64,000 nucleotides of DNA. Origin: Phaeosaccion multiseriatum (Eukaryota > Protista > Ochrophyta, other classes). The stretch covers positions 2,356,001-2,420,000 of the forward strand of contig OZ218964.1 of assembly GCA_965112735.1 (NCBI GenBank), written 5' to 3'. Positions 51,575-61,070 of the stretch are shown here, in pieces. The first letter of the stretch is position 1; each line of letters begins with the position of its first letter. Under the pieces are notes generated by a model. The model ran no database searches. It was given only the letters and a program-made list of their open reading frames with translations, and was not told where the DNA came from. The translations under genes and the position numbers were made by a program.

Positions 51575-53062
51575 TCAGCCCATCTCCTCCGCCATGCTTT
51601 CCCACGTCTCGCTCCCCACACTCCAGGGCCTCTCCAGCGGCAGGATTCCGCTCTCCTTGCCGAAGGTCGGATCCGTCCTTCGCATGAGGTCCAGCGCGGT
51701 TTGGGACCAGAAGAAGGCTGCTGCCGCCTCCATAAGTCGCTGCTCAATGTCCCGGCCGAGCTGACGCCGCCGTGCCCAAGCCAAGGCCTTGTCCACCGAA
51801 GCACCGGCCGAGAGGAGCTGCCGCGCAGTCCCGTGGTGGTCATTGTAGATGGCAGCAAGGAGAGGGGTGGCACCGTTTGGTGCTGTGACATGGATGGGGG
51901 ATCCCGCAGAGATGAGACGAGCGACGGCGGCCTCGCGCCCATTCTGCGCTGCAAGGTAGAGGGGTGTAGCGCCATTGTTGGTCCTTTTGCCCACACGTGC
52001 TCCCGCAGAAAGAAGCTTCTCCACCACGGCGTCGTGCCCTTCCTGACAGGCAACGTGAAGAGGAGTAGCACCTTGGAGGTCAGCCTTGTCGATGCTGGCG
52101 TGGGCCCTGATGAGCTGCTGTACGATACCCGCATGCCCTTGGAACGATGCCTTCGAAAGCGGAGTAGTCCCGTCATTATCTGCGTTGTTCACATCCCCTT
52201 GGGCTGAGATGAGGAGCCTAACAACAGAGCCATATCCGTTCTCAGAGGCCACCCAAATCGGAGAGAAGCCCTGCTTGTCCGCCAAGTCGACGTTAGCGCG
52301 CGCCGAGAGCAGCTGCTGCACTGTCGTGGAGTGCCCCATAGTTGATGCTGCAATCAAGGGAGTAAATCCTCTGGCATCCGCTTGGTCGACAGGGGCTCCA
52401 ATGTCCAACAGCCGCCTCACCACCTGATCGCGTCCGTTGCCGCTAGCTATTATCAATGGCGTGTCTCCGACGAGCCCGCATCTGGTGCGGAAGGAGGCCC
52501 CTTCCCGCAGCAGAAAGTCCATGACATCCAGCCGACCGTGTTGTGCAGCCCTCAACATTGCGGTATATCCTTCTTCGTCGATAAGCTGATCCAAACTCGC
52601 TTTGCCATGTTTGGCGATGAGCTTCAGAACCACCGCTCTCACATTGCGGAAGCTGTCCCCTCTACGCAGGGCCTGCCCCAGCTGCCGCGCCTGGTGTTGT
52701 TGAGAATAACGATGTCGGGGGGGAGAGGCGCACATGCATAGGATAAAGGGGTCAACAGGAAGCTGCTTGACTGCTTCGATACGTGCGCATCCCACCTCAG
52801 GGATCGTATCCGAAAAGCCCCCCCTCGCTTTTCTCTCTCCGAAACACAGTCAGAGTCCATCTATTTCCTCAAAGCGGGGGAGAGGCCCATACACCGGATA
52901 AAAAGGGAACGGAGAGCTGCCCACTGCGTCGACACGTGAGCTTCCCATCGCAGCTTCCGTACCCGCACAAGGACCCTCTCTATGCTCTATTCTTTCCTAA
53001 GGATTTATCACATCTCATATAGGTCGTACCTCGGGCGTTAACGTTGCCTGCTGCTGCGCCAT
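51575..53062 (-). CDS. Ankyrin-repeat protein, copy 12; exon1 53030-53062, exon2 51575-52690
   Basis: ORF 51575..52795 ankyrin motifs; conserved splice sites. Confidence 0.9.
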
Positions 53063-53265
53063 GGTGAGCAAGCGGCCCCTCCCTTGAGACGGTAGTGCTG
53101 ACAAGGGGGCTACAGGAGGCCTTCTCCCTGCTGCGCCTGCTGTGCAGTAGTTCGTCGCTCTGTCTTTTGTATCAGGCCTCCTCCCGCTGATATGTTTAGT
53201 TATGGAGGCCTCTGAAGGCATTGGGTTTGGTGATCCGATTTTCACAGATCCCGATCCCAGGGGGG

Positions 53266-55256
53266 TGCGAGAGCAAGCAGAGCCGGGGGGGGTCAGTGGG
53301 AGGAGAAGGAGAAGGGCAAGCAGGAGCAGGAGCCGCTGTATGGACTCCTCTCCCTCCCGCGAGACCAGCGGAGCCCTTCAGCTTCTCCCCCCTTCTCCTG
53401 CAGGGCCTGGGCATCAGCACTCCCTCCCCCGGTACGGCTCGGCTCTTCCAGCACCCCTGGACCGATTCCGAGGGCCTGGCCCCGTGGTGCACCACGAATG
53501 CTGAGGTGAGTGGTGGCGACTGCGTGAGGGGTTCGTGAGCAAGCCAAGCTGTGAGCCCCCTGCTTTCGGCTAGATACAGCCTCACCTCCTCTTGAGGAGA
53601 GCTCCACTCGCCCACTCGCTTCCCCTCCCCCGCCAGTTCTGCAGCAACAGCGGCAATCCGGTCAAGCCTCTGCGGTGAGGGAGGGAGTTGGAGATACAGA
53701 GGGAGGGAGTGAGCGAGTGCTAGAGTGATGGAGGGAGTGAGGTAGAGTGAAAGGGGGTGAAAGCGTGAGGGAGTTGAATTGGAGCGGGAGGAAGTGAGGG
53801 AGCGAGAGCGGGGGGGGGGAGGAAGGAAGAAGGGTAGCAGCGCCGCCAGCATGGCAGTGAGGTCTCGCAACAGAGAAGACAGCGATGTGTGTATTGAATG
53901 AGTAATTGATGCCCTCGGTCCTGTGTGTGCTCTGCTCCTCTGCCGCTCTGCCGCACCATTCATGTCTGCTCGATCCTGCTCTACGCGGCTCTGTCCTTAC
54001 TCCTCATGTCTCATCCCAAAGGCCAAGCTTCGGAGTCGTCGGGAGAAGCAGCAGCGGCGGAGCAGCGGCCATCGCGGCGACAGGCGTGGTTGGATCCAGC
54101 ACGGCCAGGGAAGGAGCAAGGCCGGTGACGGCTGCTGCTGCTGTACTACCAACTGCTGTATCTCGAGACGAGGTGCTGGAGTGGAGTAAGCAGATCGAGA
54201 TGGCACTGGACAGGAGGGCAGAGCTCGTCGAGGGCGGCAAGATGTTCGCCGTCAATGGAAGGTGAGGGGGAAGGGGGGTGAAGGGGTGAGGGAGGGAGGG
54301 AGGGAGGGTGTGAGGGAGGGTGTGAGGGAGGGAGGGAGGGACCGAAAGAGGGGATGGAGCGACGAAACGATGGGGCGACTCCCCGCAGCACCGTGGTGCG
54401 TTCTGCTCTACCCCTCTTGACATACGCTTCCTCCCTGCCTCCATCCTCCCTTCCGTCCTTCCTTCCTTCCTTCCTTCCTTCCTTCCTTCCATCCTTCCTT
54501 CCTTCCTTCCTTCCTTCCTTCCTTCCTTCCTTCCTTCCTTCCTTCCTTCCTTCCTTCCTTCCTTCCTTCCTTCCTTCCTTCCTTCCTTCCTTCCTTCCTT
54601 CCTTCCTTCCTTCCTTCCTTCCTTCCTTCCTTCCTTCCTTCCTTCCTTCCTTCCTTCCTTCCTTCCTTCCTTCCTTCCTTCCTTCCTTCCTTCCTTCCTT
54701 CCTTCCTTCCTTCCTTCCTTCCTTCCATGCTTCCTTCCTTCCTTCCTTCCCTCGTTCGTTCGTTCGTTCGTTCCACTCATTGACTTAGCGTTGACTCTGA
54801 CGACCTCCCCTCCCCCTCTCTTCTCTTCGCCACCCTCTCCACCCTCTCCTCTCTGTCCACGCTTCCTCCCCTTTTCCCCCTGCTGCAAGGGAACAAGTAC
54901 GCATCATCGAAGAAGATCCTTCCGCCGCCGCCACCGGAGCGCCTTCCTTGCACAGAGACCGTTCCAGATGGGACAGCCGGATGCAACAGTGTGGACCCGC
55001 CCCCTTGGAGGTAGCGCGGAGCGGTCTGCGATCGTTCCGGGCCTCGCGATCACCCGGGGTGGAGGGGAGGGGGCGGGAGGAGGATACGTTGGGTGGAGGG
55101 CCAGGGGGGGAGGGGAGCATGAGCCATCGCAGCGTTCTCAATCTCGCCATTGGGGGGGGGGGGGAAGCTCTGTCTATGGCTCCAACACTCAGTAGGAGGA
55201 AGAGAATGAGGAAGTGGAGGAAGAGGCAGGCACGGCAGGTAGACGGGGAACCCATC
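53266..55256 (+). pseudogene. Copy of plus-strand gene relic (large deletions at ~53633 and ~55195)
   Basis: Junction cccccgc|cagttctgcag; remaining blocks colinear. Confidence 0.4.
54440..54774. repeat. (TTCC)n microsatellite ending in a short (TTCG)n
   Basis: Direct reading. Confidence 0.95.
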
Positions 55257-56164
55257 CTCACTCCCTCACTCACCCACTCGCTCATGCACCAAAGTATTCA
55301 CTTTCTAGCTCTATTCTATAAGCGAAGTCCAGAGAGCAAATGCAATACACATGCTTCTCCAAGGTCGAGAGGCAAGCAGCAAGATTCACAGATGGATACA
55401 ATTGCGGTACTCCGTATCCACTGCCTCCCCGCTACTCTCTTCCGTCCGCTGGGAAACAGTGCTCACCCGTACGCTTCTTTCTGATCCCCACTTGACATTG
55501 CCGAGGGGGCAGAAATAGAGACCAAGAAGTAGCAGAGCACTGGGGAAGTCACTGAGTACTAGCTTATCTCGTGAAGTTACGTAATCTTTCGTAATTACAA
55601 AGTGTTTCATCAGTCACTGAGTACGCATAGACTCGATTGGGCGGAGCTTGCCCTTTGTCTCCACACGAGCCCAACCCCCGCCTAGGACCTGGCGTTCACC
55701 TTTGCCATTGTGTGTTTACCCATAACAACTCTTTTCTAAGCTGTGACTACTTGCTGTGCCCTGCATGCCCCACCCAGGAAGGAAGCCCTCGGCCTCTATC
55801 CATCGGGATTACAATCTCTCCCCCCTTCAAACGAGCTGACACTCCCTCTCACCCCCCCCCCCTCAAGCTATACACTGCATCCATTGGTCCCTTAAGCTAC
55901 ACACGTGACTCCCCCCCCCCCCCGGACCCCCTACCTCCTGTACTCCGACTCCTCTCTGCGACAGAGCATCGCAATCACTTCACCGCTCTTACAACAAGCC
56001 AGTGTGCTGTGGACAGTCTCTCTCTCGCATCGCATTCTGATTTACAGGCTCACTCGCATGGGCTGCATGACTGGTGCAAGCGAGCAAGCTGGAGCGGTAC
56101 TCTTTCGTTGCCAAAGTCGTCGTTGCCCCTACCAGCCCCCACCTCGCACATCCCTCCTACTCGC

Positions 56165-57620
56165 TCAGCCCATCTCCTCCGCCATGCTCTCCCACGTCTC
56201 GCTCCCCACACTCCAGGGCCTCTCCAGCGGCAGGATTCCGCTCTCCTTGCCGAAGGTCGGATCCGTCCTTCGCATGAGGTCCAGCGCGGTTTGGGACCGG
56301 AAGAAGGCTGCTGCCGCCTCCATAAGTCGATGCTCAATGTCCCGGCCGAGCTGATTCCGCCGTGCCCCAGCCAATGCCTTGTCCACCGAAGCACCGGCCG
56401 AGAGGAGCTGCCGCGCTATCCCGTGCTGGTCATTGTGGATGGCAGCAAGGAGAGGAGTCATAGCGGTTGCTGTGGTCGTATCGATGGGGGATCCCGCAGA
56501 GATGAGACGAGCGACGACGGCCTCGCGCCTATTGTACGCTGCAAGGTAGAGGGCTGAAGCGCCAATGTTGGTTCGTTTGTCCACACGTGCTCCCGCAGAA
56601 AGAAGCTTCTCCACCACGGCGTCGTGTCCCTGTAGAGAGGCACCGAGAAGAGGAGTGGAACCTTCGAGGTCAGCCTTGTCGATGCTGGCGTGGGCCCAGA
56701 TGAGCTGCTGTACGATGCCCGCATGCCCATTAATCGATGCCGCCAGAAGCGGAGTAGCCCCGAGATAACTTGCGTGGTTCACATCCGCTTGGGCTGAGAT
56801 GAGGTGCCTTACAATAGATCCATGTCCTTTCTGAGAGGCATACCAAATCGGAGAATAACCGTGTTCCTCCGCCAAGTCGACGTTAGCACGCGCCGAGAGC
56901 AGCTGCTGCACTGTCGTAGAGTGCCCCATTACTGATGCTGCAATCAAGGGAGTAGCGCCTGTGGCATCCACTTGGTCGACAGGGGCTCCAATGTCCAACA
57001 GCCACCTCACCACCTGATCGCGTCCGCCGCCGCTAGATACTATCAATGGCGTGTGTCCGACGAGCCCGCATCTGGTGCGGAAGGAGGCCCCTTCGCGCAG
57101 CAGAAAGTCCATGACATCCAGCCGACCGTGTTGTGCAGCCCTCAACATTGCGGTGTATCCTTCTTCGTCGACAGGCTGATCCAAACTCGCTTTGCCATGT
57201 TTGGCGATGAGCTCCCCAACCACCGCTCTCACATTGGGGAAGCTCTCCCCTCTACGCAGGGCCTGCCCCAGGTGCTGGGCCTGGAGTTGTTGAGGGCAGT
57301 GAATTCGGGGGGGAAGAGACGCACATGCATAGGATAAAAGGGATCAACGGGAAGTTGCTGACTGCTTCGATACGTGCGCATCCCAGGGAACGTATCCGTT
57401 ACCCCCCCTCCCTTTCCTCTTTCCAGATCTATTTCCTCAAAGTGGGGGAGAGGCCCATACACCGGATAAAAAGGGAACAGAGAGCTGCCCATTGCGTCGA
57501 CACGTGAACTTCCCACCGCACAAGGACCCTTTCTATGCTATACTCTTTCCTAAGGGCATCGTCTTATAGGAGGGCGCTAACAAGTCGTACCTCGCGCGTT
57601 AACGTTGCCTGATGCGCCAT
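56165..57620 (-). CDS. Ankyrin-repeat protein, copy 13; exon1 57591-57620, exon2 56165-57280
   Basis: ORF 56165..57232, nearly identical to copy 5; exon1 MAHQATLTRE. Confidence 0.9.
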
Positions 57621-57716
57621 GGTGAGCAAGCGGCCCCTCCCTTGACACAGTAGTGCTGACAAGGGGGCTACAGAAGGCCCTCTCCGCGCCTGCTGTGCAG
57701 TAGTCGGTCGTTCTGC

Positions 57717-57724
57717 CTTTTATA
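57717..57724 (-). promoter_or_regulatory. Putative TATA box upstream of copy 13
   Basis: TATAAAAG, same spacing. Confidence 0.4.
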
Positions 57725-57734
57725 TGGCCTCCCC

Positions 57735-58924
57735 ATTATTATTATATTTTTTTTTCTTTTGTCTAAAAGTAACGTCTCCACCGCCCCGGGGGACAAAAGT
57801 TGATACATTCTGTATTGACTTGGGTGGCGAGTGCTTTCATAAATATCAAATGCGCCTTGCTGTTCCATCCCAAAAGGGACGAGATGGTACCTCGTGGGGT
57901 CATAGTGGATGTCTCCACCCTGGCCCTCCATGCCTACCTGTGGCACCCCATACTTGGTGCGCTTGGTGGCTTCAGCCTTCTTGGCTGCCGCACAAGTGCT
58001 TCCTTCGATGCCTTGGCCCTATTGGTGATGTTGGTGGCATCAGTGAGCGTGACGTCGATCATCAGGGACTTGTGGCCATCCCCATAGTACTCGTGGTCAG
58101 ATGGAAGCTCGAACATCCTGGGGGGAGTCACGATGTCCATCTCCATCTGTTTGGCCACGTGGGCGTCACCCCTCACGCCGTTGCCCCCCCCTTTCCCTCG
58201 TCTCGCGGTGACGGTTCGTTCCCTCATGAAGGGGAAGCCGATGTTCTGCACTATCCCTCTGCCCAGTCAGGCCCTCGCTCTTCATCAACGCGACAAGTGC
58301 CTTCTGCACAGCATTGGAGGTCTCGGAAGGCATTGGGTTTGGTGACCCGATTCACAGATCCTGATCCCAGGGGGGGGGAGTTCCTTGCGTGGGCGAGGGC
58401 AGAGGCTGTGTTGAGTGCGCACAGACGCGACCGCGCAGCTGCTGCTTAGATGAGCGGAGCTTGCCTTTGGCTTCCACACGAGCACAACCCCCGCTTAGGA
58501 CCTGGCGTTCACCTTTTCACGGCCTTCCCGGTCGGATACCTCTCCCCAACACTCACAATTAGGTAAGAGGGGGTACTTGCCAGTCGGAAGTTAGAGAGGA
58601 GGACGAGTCTTTGCGCACCCGGCACCGCCCCTCTGACGGTGCCGCGCACACTCCAACCCACCCGATTCTCTATCTCCCCGCGGTAGATCATACCAATGGG
58701 TACCCCTCGAATATCTCCCCACTGAGTCCACCAGTCCCCCGGGGCGGGTGTGTGGGAGAAGATTCACCGCGTTAGCTGCTTTCAGGGCAGCGACTCCTAT
58801 CCTCGCCTCCACTCAACCACACCACACCACAGTCCTCTTATGCCACATCCTCAAGTTTCTAAACCCCATCCTCCCTCGCCAGTCCGTGAAAAGTCGTTTT
58901 CCCACCGGGGTACGAAAACTCCCC
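57735..58924 (-). mobile_element. Decayed RLE non-LTR retrotransposon fragment, least deleted 3' end
   Basis: ORF 57668..57946 retains YHLVPFGMEQQGAF (the P-x-x-x-E-x-x-G motif lost by frameshift in the other copies); ORF 57934..58251 has IDVTLTD. Confidence 0.72.
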
Positions 58925-59372
58925 TTACAATTGCGTGTTTCTAAGCTGTGACTACTTGCTGTGCCCTGCATGCCCCACCCAGGAAGGAAGCCCTCAGCCT
59001 CTATCCATCGGGATTACAATCTCTCCCCCCTTCAAACGAGCTGACCCTCCCTCTCACCCCCCCCCCCTCAAGCTATACACTTCATCCATTGGTCCCATAA
59101 GCTACACACGTGACTCCCCTCCCCCCCCCGGACCCCCTACCTCCTGTACTCCGACTCCTCTCTGCGACAGAGCATCGCAATCACTTCGCCGCTCTTACAC
59201 CAAGCCAGTGTGCCGTGGGCTGTCTCTCTCCCTCGCATCGCATCCTCATGTACAGGTTCACTCGCATGGGCTGCATGACTGGTGCAAGCGAGCAAGCTGG
59301 AGCGGTACTCTTTCGTTGCCAAAGTCCTCGCTGCCCCTTCCAGCCCCCACCTCGCACATCCCTCCTACTCGC

Positions 59373-60869
59373 TCAGCCCATCTCCTCCGCCATGCTCTCC
59401 CACGTCTCGCTCCCCACACTCCAGGGCCTCTCCAGCGGCAGGATTCCGCTCTCCTTGCCGAAGGTCGGATCCGCCCTTCGCATGAGGTCCAGCGCGGTTT
59501 GGGACCGGAAGAAGGCTGCTGCCGCCTCCATAAGTCGCTGCTCAATGTCCCGGCCGAGCTGCCACCACCGTGCCCCAGCCAAGGCCTTGTCCACCGAAGC
59601 ACCGGCCGAGAGGAGCTGCCGCGCAGTCCCGTGCTGGTCATTGTGGATGGCATAAAGGAGAGGGGTGCCACCCTGTGATGTCGTGACATCGATGGGGGAT
59701 CCCGCAGAGATGAGACGAGCGACGGCGGCCTCGCGCCCATTCTCCGCTGCAAGGTGGAGGGGTGAAGCGCCGATGTTGGTTCGTTTGTCCACACGTGCTC
59801 CCGCAGAAAGAAGCTTCTCCACCACGGCGTCGTGTCCCTGTAGAGAGGCACCGTGAAGAGGAGTGGAACCTTCGAGGTCAGCCTTGTCGATGCTGGCGTG
59901 GGCCCAGATGAGCTGCTGTACGATGCCCGCATGCCCATTAATCGATGCCGCCAGAAGCGGAGTAGTCCCGACATAACTTGCGTGGTCCACATCCGCTTGG
60001 GCTGAGATGAGGAGCCTTACAACAGAGCTATGTCCTTTCTGAGAGGCATACCAAATCGGAGAACAACCGTGTTCGTCCGCCAAGTCGACGTTAGCACGCG
60101 CCGAGAGCAGCTGCTGCACTGTCGTAGAGTGCCCCATTACTGATGCTGCAATCAAGGGAGTAGCGCCTGTGGCATCCACTTGGTCGACAGGGGCTCCAAT
60201 GTCCAACAGCCGCCTCACCACCTGATCGCGTCCGTTGCCGCTAGATACTATCAATGGCGTGTCTCCGACGAGCCCGCATCTGGTGCGGAAGGAGGCCCCT
60301 TCCCGCAGCAGAAAGTCCATGACATCCAGCCGACCGTGTTGTGCAGCCCTCAACATTGCGGTGTATCCTTCTTCGTCGACAGGCTGATCCAAACTCGCTT
60401 TGCCACGTTTGGCGATGAGCTTCCCAACCACCGCTCTCACATTGGGGAAGCTCTCCCCTCTACGCAGGGCCTGCCCCAGCCGCCGCGCCTGGTGTTGTTG
60501 AGGGAAACGATGTCGGGGGGGAGAGGCGCACATGCATAGGATGAAAGGATCAATAAGAAGCTGCTGACTACTTCGATACGTGCGTATCCCACCACCTCAG
60601 GGATCGTATCCGAAAAGCCCCCCCTCGCTTTGCTCTCTCCGAAACACAGTCAGAGTCCATCTTTTTTTTAAAGCGGGGGAGAGGCCCATACACCGGATGA
60701 AAAGGGATCAACGGAGAGCTTCCCACTGCGTCGACACGTGAGCTTCCCACCGCAGCTTCCGTATCCACACAAGGACCCTCGCCATGCTCTATTCTTTCCT
60801 AAGGACACCGTCTTATAGGAGGGCGCTAGGTCGTACCTCGGGCGTTAACGTTGCCTGCTGCTGCGCCAT
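59373..60869 (-). CDS. Ankyrin-repeat protein, copy 14; exon1 60837-60869, exon2 59373-60488
   Basis: ORF 59373..60533 ankyrin motifs; conserved splice sites. Confidence 0.9.
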
Positions 60870-61070
60870 GGTGAGCAAGCGGCCCCTCCCTTGAGACGGT
60901 AGTGCTGACAAGGGGGCTACAGGAGGCCTTCTCCCTGCTGCGCCTGCTGTGCAGTAGTTCGTCGCTCTGTCTTTTGTATCAGGCCTCCTCCCGCTGATAT
61001 GTTTAGTTATGGAGGCCTCTGAAGGCATTGGGTTTGGTGATCCGATTCACAGATCCCGATCCCAGGGGGG

